Translations under genes and position numbers: made by a program
Shown: one piece after another, positions 45,218-56,153 of the stretch
How positions within the stretch are numbered: the stretch's first letter is position 1
How the letters are laid out: the number at the start of each line of letters is the position of its first letter
Notes under the pieces: model-generated
Told to the model about the DNA's origin: nothing
Seen by the model: only the letters and a program-made list of their open reading frames with translations
Databases searched by the model: none
Source of the DNA: Bacteroidota bacterium
GTDB lineage: Bacteria; Bacteroidota; Bacteroidia; AKYH767-A; OLB10
Length of the DNA stretch: 64,000 bases
Direction of reading: 5' to 3'
Assembly: GCA_016709725.1 (NCBI GenBank)
Contig: JADJMG010000008.1
Span: 67,189-131,188, forward strand

Positions 45218-48200
45218 TTGAATGCCAACTCGTTATACGACTTGAAAATTCAGATAGAATCTAAGAAATTCTACTTAACTTTGAATACCATCTATGAAAA
45301 CACTCCTCACTATTTTTGTTGTATTTTTTTAAGTTGCTGGAATTTGCAACTTAAAGCGCAAGGTTTCAAAACTGAAATTTTAGGAAATGTTGGGCGTTCT
45401 AATTGCATATTAATAGATGCGGACACGGCATGGCTTGCCATAGAAAGTGGGATACTCAAAGTAAATATGGTAAACCATAATGTAAAATGGTATAACTCTA
45501 CAAATTCAAATACTAAATTCAGATCCAATAATTTTATTAAAATCTTAAAAGATAAAAAGGGACATCTTTGGTTTATTAACGCTCAAGGTCAAGTATTGAA
45601 ATATAAAGATCAAAATTTCATTTCTAAAAATAAAGGTTCTTTAAGATTCAATGTTACAAATATAAACGACGTCTTTTTTTGAGATGGATCAAAATGGAAA
45701 AATTTATTTTTTAAACACAATGAAAAGCATGCATTTGTTCCCGACTCATTAAAAATTTTAGTATGGGATACCAACAACATATCTAAATATAATTCGCCTG
45801 AAATGTTTTATAAAGCAAGTTATACAGCTGACAGTTCAGGAATATTTATCTTATCTGATAGTTCAATGTTCGTAGAATTAAGCATTTTGAGAATGGAATA
45901 TTTGATACATCATTTCCCGTAATTCGGAAATCCACAATTTCCTTACTTAGAGATGAAAGTGACTTGTTTTTAGTTGACACTATTTTTCATTACTTCAACA
46001 CACTGACTTATTCGAGGTTCAACTGTATATAATATACGCTCTTTTTCGTTATAGTAAAAGTGGCGCATTAATAGATTCAATAACGATTCCTGCCCAATTG
46101 CTATTCTAACGTCCAACGTTTAATCCAAAACCAATGAAATTTATTTCTTTTCTGCCAACAACAATCATTACTATATTAACTCTTCGGGAAATTTATTACC
46201 AACTCCCCAATCTATAGTACATTAACAGATGTAAATACAGCTCATTTTGATACTTTGGGTAATCTTTTTGTACTTCAAGGGAATAAAAAGCCATATTTAT
46301 CGAAAATCGATACAAATGGTATTGAAAGTCGATTTAATTTACCCTATCCAATAAATCACACGGTTGGGTTTGGTCCAAATGTGCAAGCTATTTACGACTC
46401 AAGCTTATTAGTATCTTATCCCAACGGTTCTGGAGCTTTGATTTTTGATGGAATTTCTGCTACAGATTTGCCTCCCGTACCAAAAAATTTTATTGTAGAT
46501 TCTACAAATACCATCTATTTCTTAAGAAATGATTCGATTATAAAATATAAAAATGGAACTATCCTTTTAAAAACTAAGCTCCTTATAATAGTGTTAACCA
46601 AATACAATTTCTTTATGAAGGAGGGACTCATTATATTTTTTCTATGCAAATAAAATTTACGCCCATAATATTCATAATGGCATCATTTCACTCATTGGTA
46701 ATCTAGGCAATGGGTATCTAACTTTAAGTAAGAAACGAGAATTATTTTTTAGAGTATCTTCTTCTAAATTGTACTGGACTAGAGATAGCAACTATGTATG
46801 GTATGCATTGGACTCTACTATTACTGGCATTCTATACAATGAATTAAAAGCAATCCAAATCCAACTTCATTTAAATGACGGAAGTACATGGTTTCACAGT
46901 GGTGACCATATTATGAAAAGGGAACAAAATGGAGTTTGGTTGATTTATAACTATTCATTTGAAAATATTTCTCCAATTACCCCCTATTTATATGGTGGAT
47001 TTTATGACGATTTCCGAAAGTGCTATTGGTTAATTTCAAATGGGTTTATTTTAAAAGTTGATTCAATTGGAATTGCCAAATATAATTGGGAAAATTCGGA
47101 TTTATTTTTTGACAACCTTGCAGGCAGGTTTAAAATATCAAATGATAATAAAATTTGGTTTGTAGGATATTATGGAGGTTATACAAAAATTACTTTTGAC
47201 TCGATTAACTCTAAAACCAATTATCAAAAACTTCAAGTTTCAGGAAATGTATACCATGATATTAATGCCAATGCAACAATTGACAGTTTAGATACTGCAT
47301 TACCCTATATTAAACTAAAGAATGAAAAAGGATACCTATCATATTCTAATCTATTAGGTAAATATCATTTTTTAGAACCCCAAGGTCCACATGTAATTCA
47401 ACCTGTTCTTAATTCATTTCTTGCGCTTTCGTGCGATTCATCTTCATATACATTTAACATAAATACCATCCCAATTGACTCGCTTGATTTTGCTTTAAAA
47501 TCGATTGCAGATACTCTATTGTATGCTTCTTCCTTTTCTTCAAGTCAAGCAAGATGTTCTGCTACGAGTTCTGCTCATATTGTCGTAAGAAATAATGGCA
47601 ATGCGAAAATCAGTGTATTATTTTCATTCACCCCTGACATTCAAAGTGGCATTTTAAGTTTTAGTCATTCTCCAGATTCCACTAATGGCAATACATTGTT
47701 TTGGAAGATAGACTCATTAAAATTACTAGAATCCAAAAGCATTAATATTTCTTATACAGTTCCATCTGTCTTATTCAATGAAATAAAATCAGTCGTTTCT
47801 TTTTCTGTTTATGATTCAGTAAATATTGTTCATTACAAAACAGACACCTTAACGCAAACTATCATCTGCTCTTTTGATCCAAATGAAAACAAGTATCTCC
47901 AATTGGAATGGGTTCTGCTCATTACACACTTTTTTCAGATACACTCATTTACACATTACTCTTTCAAAATACCGGAAATGACACCGCTTTTTCAGTATTG
48001 CTAATTGATACCCTTTCCCCCCATTTAGATATTGAAAGTTTCAACTTACTTTCCATGAGTCATAATGGAGAGGTAAGCATTGATGAAAATAGAGTTTTAC
48101 GTGCAAAGTTTAATGAAATAAACTTACTTTGGGAAAGCGTTAATTCTTTGGCAAGTCAAGGTTACATGCAATTTTCAATTTTACCAAAACAAAGTCTGCC

Positions 48201-48573
48201 TGAATTTACATTGGTTAAAAACAGTGCACTTATTGTATTTGATAGCAATCCATACATCTTAACCAATGAAGTATTCAACACCTTCGTTACAACATATCCA
48301 ACTACAGCATTAAATCAGCTTCAGAAAGACGCTAGTAAAATATCGATATATCCCAATCCATCTAAAAATTATTTCAGCATCTCATTTGATCAAACCGTGA
48401 ATTTAGAATACGAGGTAACATTGATTGACATCTCTGGAAAAATTTTACAAAGCTGGAAATCGAACGAACAAAACCCCACTTTCTCCTTAGAGGCAATAAA
48501 TGCAGGTTTTTACTTGATTCAAGTAACCAATAAATTTGACTTTAAAGCCATTGCCAAGTTTATCAAACAATAA
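45218..48573 (+). pseudogene. Large T9SS cargo gene in decay. 45218-46768 is heavily stop-ridden (Reg_prop-like beta-propeller fragments). 46769-48573 is nearly intact (Cna-B/DUF11-like repeats plus type-A CTD) with one frameshift at ~47900.
   Basis: Consecutive ORF fragments in changing frames. The C-terminus reads CSFDPNENK..LLFQNTGNDTAFSVLLIDTL...IYPNPSKNYFSISFDQ...GFYLIQVTNK. Confidence 0.5.
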
Positions 48574-48696
48574 ACTTATAGCTTAAACTGGTGACCTTTT
48601 AGGCATTAAAATCCATATTTCGTTTAAATTATTTATTTCAGCTATAGTACCATGGTATTTGCTATTTTTGCACCCTATTCGAATTAATAAATTATT

Positions 48697-49875
48697 ATGT
48701 CAAAAGATCGTTTCCAGGGCCATGATTATTACCTCATGGATGAGTTACTTACCGAAGAACATCGCCTTGTGCGCGACTCTGTTCGTGAATGGGTAAAACG
48801 CGATGTGTCGCCTATCATTGAAGATTATGCTCAGCGTGCTGAGTTTCCTACACAAATTATAAAAGGATTGGCGGGCATCGGTGCCTTTGGTCCGTACATC
48901 CCTGCAGAATACGGCGGTGGCGGTATGGATCAAATCTCCTACGGACTCATCATGCAAGAAATTGAGCGTGGTGATTCTGGTGTGAGATCTACTGCCTCTG
49001 TACAAAGTTCACTCGTGATGTATCCCATCTACACATATGGATCAGAAGAGCAGCGTAAAAAATATTTACCGAAGCTTGCTACTGGAGAGATGATGGGTTG
49101 CTTTGGATTAACAGAACCTAATCATGGATCCAATCCATCGGGCATGTTAACCAATATTAAAGATGCAGGTGATCATTTTATATTGAATGGTGCAAAGATG
49201 TGGATCAGCAATGCTCCATTCGCCGACATCGCTGTAGTGTGGGGAAAAGATGAAGAAGGTGTCATTCGCGGAATGGTAGTTGAGCGTGGCATGGAAGGAT
49301 TTTCTACTCCTGAAACGCATAATAAATGGTCGTTGCGTGCAAGTGCTACCGGCGAATTAGTTTTCGATAATGTAAAAGTTCCAAAAGCAAATATTTTTCC
49401 AAATGTAAAAGGACTAAAAGGTCCGTTGGGATGTTTAAATTCTGCTCGTTATGGTATTGCATGGGGTGCGATTGGTGCTGCGATGGATTTTTACGATACT
49501 GCACTTCGTTATTCTCAAGAGCGTATTCAATTTGGAAAACCCATAGGTGCATTTCAGTTACAACAGAAAAAATTAGCCGAGATGATTACCGAAATCACCA
49601 AAGCACAATTGTTGACATGGAGATTAGGAGTTTTGAAAAATGAGAACCGCGCAACTCCTGGACAAATCAGCATGGCCAAGCGAAACAATGTAAACATGGC
49701 ATTACAAATTGCACGTGAAGCAAGACAAATGTTAGGCAGCATGGGCATCAGCGGTGAATATCCAATTATGCGTCACATGATGAATTTAGAATCAGTAATT
49801 ACCTATGAAGGAACACATGATATCCATTTATTAATTACGGGTATGGATGTAACTGGATTCAATGCTTTCAATTAA
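48697..49875 (+). CDS. gcdH: Acyl-CoA dehydrogenase (glutaryl-CoA dehydrogenase-like)
   Basis: 392 aa with ACAD motifs and GcdH-like sequence throughout. Confidence 0.8.
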   Translation: MSKDRFQGHDYYLMDELLTEEHRLVRDSVREWVKRDVSPIIEDYAQRAEFPTQIIKGLAGIGAFGPYIPAEYGGGGMDQISYGLIMQEIERGDSGVRSTASVQSSLVMYPIYTYGSEEQRKKYLPKLATGEMMGCFGLTEPNHGSNPSGMLTNIKDAGDHFILNGAKMWISNAPFADIAVVWGKDEEGVIRGMVVERGMEGFSTPETHNKWSLRASATGELVFDNVKVPKANIFPNVKGLKGPLGCLNSARYGIAWGAIGAAMDFYDTALRYSQERIQFGKPIGAFQLQQKKLAEMITEITKAQLLTWRLGVLKNENRATPGQISMAKRNNVNMALQIAREARQMLGSMGISGEYPIMRHMMNLESVITYEGTHDIHLLITGMDVTGFNAFN

Positions 49876-50019
49876 TTTTTTTCCTGCTGATGGTAGGAAA
49901 GTAAAATAAAATTCAAATAATAATAGGAACCTCGGATGTAAAAATTCGGGGTTTCTTTTTTTCTTTCGTACAAGCTACAAGCTACAAGCTGTCACGCTAC
50001 AAAATTTAAATAATAATAA

Positions 50020-50373
50020 TTACAAAGAATAATTTTCTTCCCAGGCGTTATAAAGTTCGTTCAGGTAAAGATTTTCTTTGGGGGTGATGTTTTTATCGGC
50101 AATAACCAGTTTTACGGCAAAATCAATAAAGTGGGAACGTTCATCAGCGGTTGAGTCCATATAAAAATCGTTCATGGCATTATTAAAATGGATGGGATAA
50201 TCGGATGGATCCATTTGGCTTAAAACCTCCATTTGGTCGTCCAAATTCATTTTTGGAGGAAAATTTTCAATAATATAATCGCGAATTACCTGATCTTCTT
50301 TTCCATTAAAATGCTCATCTACAGCGGATAAGATCATTAACATATGGTAGCCAGCAATAGCTTTACTTTTCAT
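50020..50373 (-). CDS. Hypothetical protein (TerB-like fold possible)
   Basis: 117-aa ORF in coding context. Confidence 0.3.
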   Translation of the reverse strand: MKSKAIAGYHMLMILSAVDEHFNGKEDQVIRDYIIENFPPKMNLDDQMEVLSQMDPSDYPIHFNNAMNDFYMDSTADERSHFIDFAVKLVIADKNITPKENLYLNELYNAWEENYSL

Positions 50374-50575
50374 GACATAAAATAATTAGAGTAGCTAAAG
50401 TACGACAACTAAATTGGTATTCCTCTAAAAATCATCAATTTCTGTCAATTATTAGGTTAAAGTGCACAAATTTGATCCTCAAGTGCAACCAAAAGGACTT
50501 TACGGCGTTAAGCAGAAAGAATTAAAATCATAGGGTTGGAAAAACATAATTCACTATGTTTGCACCCGCTCAAAT

Positions 50576-50646
50576 GGTCGCGTGGCCGAGCGGTTAGGCA
50601 GAGGTCTGCAAAACCTTGTACAGCAGTTCGAATCTGCTCGCGACCT
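50576..50646 (+). tRNA. tRNA-Cys (anticodon GCA), 71 nt. CCA is not encoded.
   Basis: Folded manually. Acceptor stem ggtcgcg/cgcgacc, 3-bp D-stem, anticodon stem gaggt/acctt with loop cuGCAaa, T-arm agcag-TTCGAAT-ctgct, discriminator T. Confidence 0.85.
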
Positions 50647-50654
50647 CAACGAAA

Positions 50655-50695
50655 AGCCCCTTATTCAACGAAAGTTGAATCGGGGGTTTTTCTTT
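50655..50695 (+). terminator. tRNA terminator: cccc-ttATTCAAC-gaaa-GTTGAAT-cggggg plus T-run
   Basis: Direct reading. Confidence 0.6.
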
Positions 50696-50842
50696 TTGTG
50701 ACCATGCAAGTTTACTTGCAAATGGGCAACAAAAAGAAAAATCCACGGCCAAGCCAAAGGCTTGGGTGAGGGGGATTTGTTGGTGGAGCCCCTTGATCGC
50801 GAGGCCTGCTTGCAGGACTCGCACTCTGCTCGCGACCTCAAC
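50692..50842 (+). repeat. Module A: ~150-bp structured repeat ending in an 18-bp copy of the tRNA-Cys 3' end (tctgctcgcgacctcaac, 50825-50842)
   Basis: Direct comparison with the tRNA 3' end at 50633-50650. Internal hairpins gcaagt-tt-acttgc, ccaagcc-aaa-ggcttgg and gcgaggcctgc/gcaggactcgc. Confidence 0.8.
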
Positions 50843-50879
50843 AAAAACGTCCCTGTCCCGCTCCGCGGATGGGGATTTT

Positions 50880-51072
50880 TGTTTTTGTGACCATGCAAGT
50901 TTACTTGCAAATGGGCAACAAAGCCCCAGCGGGACCAGTTGCACTTGCAAATGGGCAACAAAAAGAAAAATCCATGGCCAAGCCAAAAGCTTGGGTGAGG
51001 GGTTTTTGTTGGTGGAGCCCCCTTGATCGCGAGGCCTGCTTGCAGGACTCGCACTCTGCTCGCGACCTCAAC
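50880..51072 (+). repeat. Module B: second copy, with an internal 35-bp duplication, ending in core copy 51055-51072
   Basis: Near-identical to module A. Confidence 0.8.
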
Positions 51073-51358
51073 AATAATACTCTTTTCAACTTCGTTTTAT
51101 GGGGGCAATTCTTTTCTGTTAATCTAAGTTTATCGATGTCATAGTATACATAACTTACAAATAGACGGCAAAAAGAAAAACCCGTATACAAGCACTCCTA
51201 AAAAATCAATTACAAAACAATAGATTTTCCTTACAACATATTGTGCACTAATTTCTGAAATTTAATATATAAGTAACCATCACATTAAATTGTTTCAATA
51301 AACCTATAGTTAGAATTACTTACTGATTGCATTAATTATTCAACTAAAAAAAACAACC

Positions 51359-52230
51359 ATGAAGAAACAAATTTCAAAACTGATTATTCTAACACTGATC
51401 TTAGGATTTGGATCTTGTAAAAAAGACGATTCCAGTAGCAGCCCAACTACTACTGCAAGTGTAATGAGTGCGAAAATAGACGGAGTGAGTTGGACTTCTC
51501 TAAGTAATCAGACAACAAGCAGTATCTTGAATCATGCTTCCACTTGCACCGGAATTGCGGCAGATTCATCAAGAATTAATTTCAACATACTCCAAAATGT
51601 AGCCCTAAATGGAACTTATAATATTGGATTTACAAGTGGAAATGTGGCTACTTATGCTACAACTTCTACATCTGTAGTTTGGCTTTCTAATGGAGACCCA
51701 ACTTGCACTGGAACATTAAAAGTTACGGGTTTAAACCCAACTACAAAACGCATTTCAGGAACTTTCTCTTTCAAAGGATATCGGGCTTCAGACAATACCT
51801 ATAAAAATATTACTACAGGCGTATTTACAAATGTACCTTATCAAACAGGAATTTCAAACGGAAGCAACACATTCAATGTAAAAATTGACAATGTAAATTG
51901 GGTCCCTACTTTTATTACGGGATATTCAAGTATTGGCTTTATAAATGTTGAAGCCTCAGGTTTAGGATTAGACAAATCAGTTCTTTTATTTTTCCAGATA
52001 CTATTATGGCTGGTACTTACTCGCTTGGCGGACCTAATTCTTTTAATGCGTACTATTCACCTGACACAATTTCTACTTTTATTGCTACAAATGGAACACT
52101 TAGTATTAGTTCACATAATACAACAACGAAAAAGATAATTGGGACATTTAATTTTAATGCAGTCGATGCTATCGGAGGAGTCACAACTCATTCAATTACC
52201 AATGGTGCTTTCAATATAATTTACAATTAG
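51359..52230 (+). CDS. Lipoprotein with two repeats of a beta-rich domain, split by a frameshift at ~51990 (T-run)
   Basis: Lipobox LGFGSC. The two halves are similar (...RISGTFSFKGY... / ...IIGTFNFNAVD...). ORFs 51359..52138 and 52006..52230 overlap out of frame. Confidence 0.5.
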
Positions 52231-52251
52231 CGCCATAAAATTAATTACGCT

Positions 52252-52292
52252 TTGAGCTTCAATTACCCCCCCATTCAAATAATGAATCGGGG
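52252..52292 (+). terminator. Terminator hairpin C7-ATTCA-aataa-TGAAT-c-G8, related in design to the tRNA terminator at 50655
   Basis: Direct reading. Confidence 0.55.
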
Positions 52293-52334
52293 GGGGTTAA
52301 TTTTGAGTATATGAAAGTTTATCCACCAAACAGG

Positions 52335-52469
52335 TATTTTTGCTTGTAAATGGGCGAACAGTAAAAAGCATAGGCCAATCCTTATGGCATAGTTGAGGGG
52401 GATTGGTTGGTGGAGCCCCTTGAGTGCGAGGCCTGCAAGCAGGCCTCGCACTCTGCTCGCGACCTCAAC
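52335..52469 (+). repeat. Module C: third, more diverged copy with a perfect 14-bp palindrome gagtgcgaggcctgc/gcaggcctcgcactc, ending in core copy 52452-52469
   Basis: Direct comparison. Confidence 0.75.
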
Positions 52470-52980
52470 ATTATTTCGCTGCATCCGTGGGCAAAACCTT
52501 TTTTTAAGAATTAATACACTTAAATATCAAATGCAATTGATTTTAAATTTTGAGCAACCAACATAAGATCTCGCAAATCCAATCATTTTATATGCTTCTC
52601 AATAATTTTTTCATTTCAATTTTAATCAAACATTTTTTTAATCAATCGAAAATTCCAAAAGAAAAAACGTATTCCGTCTAATCGATTGCAAAATTGGAAT
52701 TATCGCTTCGCAATTCTATTTAAAAAGAATGAAATCTCAACCGAGCATGATTTCTTCCATTATATCAAAAGCAATTTCAAATTCATTTATAAAATCACAA
52801 ATTGACTTTCAGCATAAGTTAAAGTACTAAGTAACATCTTCTTCTTTAGTGTAGAAGATTAATTGGAGACCGTCTAACCTTTTAAAATACCCTTGATAAA
52901 ATTGCAGAATGTGGGAATAATGTAAATAATAGAATTTATTGTGTAACGGATCATCATCCTTTTAGCATCAACTTTGCAAA

Positions 52981-53598
52981 ATGAAATATCCTCTACTCAT
53001 GAATAAACTAAAATTAATTACAAGTTGCTTCGTACTTATTGTTTCCATAACGATAAGTAATTCTATATCCTGTTTTGCACAAGAAACCACACAAAACAAC
53101 TCTTATGGCAAAACGCTAAACCTAGGTCTTGGAATTGGGGGCTATGCAGGCTACTATGGTTATGCGGGGAGAACATTACCTGTGTTACATTTGAACTATG
53201 AGCTTGATGTTGCAAAAGATTTTACCCTAGCTCCATTTATTAGCTATTATTCTTTCAGCAGAAGTTATTACTACGGAAATAATTCGCTCAATCACCCATT
53301 TAAAAATTATACGTATCGCGAAGTAGTAGTTCCGATTGGAGTAAAAGGCACCTACTATTTCGATGATATCTTAAATGCAAATTCGAAATGGGATTTTTAT
53401 TTAGCCAGTTCGCTTGGATTTGCGATCGTCTCACGTTCATGGGACAATGATTATTATGGAGACAAAAATTATTTCCGTCATGGAAATTCTTTATTTCTTG
53501 ACTTTCACATCGGCACGGAGTATCATCTATCAAAACGCGTCGGACTATTTCTTGATCTCTCAACCGGAGTATCGACACTTGGGCTAGCCATACATTAA
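52981..53598 (+). CDS. Outer-membrane beta-barrel (porin-family) protein
   Basis: Signal peptide, Gly/Tyr-rich strands. Confidence 0.45.
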   Translation: MKYPLLMNKLKLITSCFVLIVSITISNSISCFAQETTQNNSYGKTLNLGLGIGGYAGYYGYAGRTLPVLHLNYELDVAKDFTLAPFISYYSFSRSYYYGNNSLNHPFKNYTYREVVVPIGVKGTYYFDDILNANSKWDFYLASSLGFAIVSRSWDNDYYGDKNYFRHGNSLFLDFHIGTEYHLSKRVGLFLDLSTGVSTLGLAIH

Positions 53599-53681
53599 TT
53601 CAATCTAAAAAATATTCAGAAACTATTTTTAATAAAAAAACTATTAATCAAAGTTTTTAATCCAATCAAACCAAAAAAAAC

Positions 53682-54281
53682 ATGAAAACTTCAAAATTAA
53701 TTGCACTGATCGTAATAGCGCTCTTTGCAACAAGTATCCAAAGTACTGCACAAGATTCGACTAGAGTTAGAGAGAAATATCCAATTTGGTACGGTGTAAA
53801 AGCGGGAATTAATTTTGCCGATCTACACACGAAAAACAGCGACGAATCTAAAATGCTAGTAGGATTCAACGTAGGTGGATTTGCAAAATTACCACTCTAC
53901 AAAATGATAGCTATACAACCTGAGATTTATTACACGACTAAAGGATCGGAAGTAACCTACAACAATCTTATTGCACAGGGCACAGCAAAGTTCACATTAA
54001 ACTATATTGAAATTCCGTTATTACTCATCGTGAATCTCAATGAAAATTTCAATGTTTATGCGGGTCCTTATGCATCTGCATTAATTAGTGGAAAAGTAAA
54101 GAACAAATCAAACACCGTACTCTTTGATTACGAACATAACATCAAAAGAGAGGATTATAGCGATTATGATCTTGGAATTATAGTGGGTGGTGGTGTTGAC
54201 ATTGGCAGAATTGGAATTGGTGGAAGATATTGTTACGGTACTAAAACAGTAGGCAAACAAAAGATTTTGCAGGTTCATTAG
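53682..54281 (+). CDS. Outer-membrane beta-barrel (porin-family, OMP_b-brl_2-like) protein
   Basis: Signal peptide ...TAQ. IEIPLLLIVN / GGGVDIGRIGIGGRY strand motifs. Confidence 0.5.
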   Translation: MKTSKLIALIVIALFATSIQSTAQDSTRVREKYPIWYGVKAGINFADLHTKNSDESKMLVGFNVGGFAKLPLYKMIAIQPEIYYTTKGSEVTYNNLIAQGTAKFTLNYIEIPLLLIVNLNENFNVYAGPYASALISGKVKNKSNTVLFDYEHNIKREDYSDYDLGIIVGGGVDIGRIGIGGRYCYGTKTVGKQKILQVH

Positions 54282-54369
54282 AGACCTTCCCCGATTCAAA
54301 AAACGGAGTTCTTAACTTTTATGTCTCAGTAGGCTTAAACTAAATATTAACCAATTAAAACATCAAAAA

Positions 54370-54528
54370 ATGAATAATATACTCTATATCATTGCCGTTC
54401 TATTAATAATAAGTTGGGCGATTGGATTCTTTGCATTCAACACAGGTGGTATCATTCATATCTTATTCGTAATTGCCATTATTGCAGTATTGCTTAGGAT
54501 TATCTCAGGAAATAAAATAGTAAAATAA
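54370..54528 (+). CDS. lmo0937-family small membrane protein (52 aa)
   Basis: MNNILYIIAVLLIISWAIGFFAFNTGGIIHILFVIAIIAVLLRII. The ORF track missed it because it is under 60 aa. Confidence 0.5.
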   Translation: MNNILYIIAVLLIISWAIGFFAFNTGGIIHILFVIAIIAVLLRIISGNKIVK

Positions 54529-54552
54529 GTTAAATCAAAAACACAAACCATC

Positions 54553-54831
54553 ATGAAAGAAGGAAAAATAGTATTAGGCGTATTAGCAGGATTAGCTGCT
54601 GGTGCTGTATTAGGTATCTTGCTTGCCCCAGATAAAGGCTCAAATACCAGAAAGAAGATTACCGGAAAAGGTTCAAAGTATATTGATGATATTAAAGAAA
54701 AATTAAATGATGTTTATCATTCAATTCTTGATAAAACGGAGTCAGTAATTGATTCTGGAGAAGATATGGCGAACAAAGCGAAATCGAAAACAGAAGATTA
54801 TCGTAAAGCGACGCATAACGCTACTTCGTAG
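54553..54831 (+). CDS. YtxH-domain general-stress protein
   Basis: GVLAGLAAGAVLGILLAP plus a C-terminal amphipathic region. Confidence 0.65.
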   Translation: MKEGKIVLGVLAGLAAGAVLGILLAPDKGSNTRKKITGKGSKYIDDIKEKLNDVYHSILDKTESVIDSGEDMANKAKSKTEDYRKATHNATS

Positions 54832-54868
54832 TCCGAGATTTTATTATCTTTAGGCCACTATTTACATT

Positions 54869-55213
54869 ATGCAAGAGGATCCTACATCGGCAGAACAACT
54901 CATTGACAAGGCGGAAGCTTATGGCAAGACAACGTTAGAGTTGATTCGTTTAAAATCAATTGACAAAACTGCCGATGTATTATCTTATTTAGCGGGTTAT
55001 TTTATACTTTTCATCTTCATGGCCGTTTTTGCAATGCTACTTAATATTGGAATTGCACTTTGGATTGGAGAGTTATTAGGTAAAGCTTATTATGGATTTT
55101 TAATTGTAGCTGGCTTCTATGGAATTCTTTCTATTTGTTTTTATGCCTTCAGAAATGATTGGATTAAAGATCCTCTGAACAATGCGATCATTAACCGTTT
55201 CTTGAAAAAATAG
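54869..55213 (+). CDS. Holin-like small membrane protein (Phage_holin_3_6-like), typical partner of YtxH
   Basis: Two TM helices and conserved synteny. Confidence 0.45.
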   Translation: MQEDPTSAEQLIDKAEAYGKTTLELIRLKSIDKTADVLSYLAGYFILFIFMAVFAMLLNIGIALWIGELLGKAYYGFLIVAGFYGILSICFYAFRNDWIKDPLNNAIINRFLKK

Positions 55214-55218
55214 CGATT

Positions 55219-55635
55219 ATGAAATCTCCCTCCGCCGCTGAGCTTCTAAGTATCGAAATTGCTGCCCTTGAAAAAAAACAAGAGGCGGAATTACTAGAGT
55301 TGAAACAATCGTTACGTGATAAATACGAAAGTCTCAAACCCATTAATATAATTAAAAGGACATTCTCTCAACTCACCAGCTCTGACGATGTGAAGAATTC
55401 TATAGTGAGTGAGATTGCAGGTATTACCGCCGGAGCACTTTCAAGCAAACTGCTTTTCGGCAAATCAAAAAATCCATTAAAAGTTATTGGTGGATTGCTT
55501 TTTCAATTTTTGGTAGCAACTTATGTTTCTAAAAAGGAAATATCCATAGATAAAATTACAGAAAAGCTTTCCAATTTTTTTTCCGGAAAGATGAATCAAG
55601 AAGAGGAAGAGGAAGAAGAAAAAAAAGAAGTTTGA
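55219..55635 (+). CDS. Hypothetical protein with an acidic EEEEEEEKKE tail
   Basis: 138-aa ORF, third member of the operon. Confidence 0.4.
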   Translation: MKSPSAAELLSIEIAALEKKQEAELLELKQSLRDKYESLKPINIIKRTFSQLTSSDDVKNSIVSEIAGITAGALSSKLLFGKSKNPLKVIGGLLFQFLVATYVSKKEISIDKITEKLSNFFSGKMNQEEEEEEEKKEV

Positions 55636-55725
55636 GTTTTTTAGGTTTACTAATTTATCAACTCCTTAACCTGCGCTTGATTCATAAGGTAATGCGGTTT
55701 GTGATTTCAAATATCCTTGATGAGA

Positions 55726-56108
55726 TCACTCTCTCTCAAAAAATTCTTCCAGCTCACCGAAATACGATTCTTTCCATCCATCGGTAATATCATCAAATGC
55801 TTCATCGGGAATATTGGTGTGAATTAGTTCGGCTGAAGTCCCGTGTTTATGCGGATGCAATTTGATCGTTACTATAGACGCTTCTTCCTGATCACCGAAA
55901 TACCACTGTTGCACAATTTTTTTATTGGGCTCAAACTCTAAATTCTTTCCGGTAATACTTCCTCCCACATGCTGAACTCAGATCCAGGCTCTGTCGACAT
56001 TACCGCTTCTTCACCGGTCCAAAGTTGAATGGTGAGCGGATTCGTGATAGCAGCGAATACATCTGATGGTTCGGCTGGTATGATGAAATATGATTTGAAA
56101 TTTTTCAT
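55726..56108 (-). CDS. SRPBCC/AHSA1-like protein split by a frameshift at ~55965 (gggagg)
   Basis: Upstream frame reads MKNFKSYFIIPAEPSDVFAAITNPLTIQLWTGEEAVMSTEPGSEFSMWE. Downstream frame reads GSITGKNLEFEPNKKIVQQW. Confidence 0.5.
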
Positions 56109-56111
56109 GCT

Positions 56112-56153
56112 GGAAGTTGGATGTTAGATGTTGGATGTTGGATGTTGGATGTT
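56112..56153. repeat. Microsatellite (GGATGTT)x6 directly abutting the IS3 left end
   Basis: Direct reading. Confidence 0.8.

Noticed and set aside
49965-49995. (ACAAGCT)x3 mini-repeat and weak hairpin plus T-run after the acyl-CoA dehydrogenase gene
   Set aside because: The stem is too weak to call a terminator confidently and the repeat is too short.
50594-52484. ORFs 50594..50986(-), 50665..51054(-), 50766..51026(+), 50869..51144(+), 50901..51191(-), 52275..52484(-)
   Set aside because: They run across the tRNA-Cys gene and the repeated modules. Their duplicated peptide segments merely mirror the DNA repeats. They are not genes.
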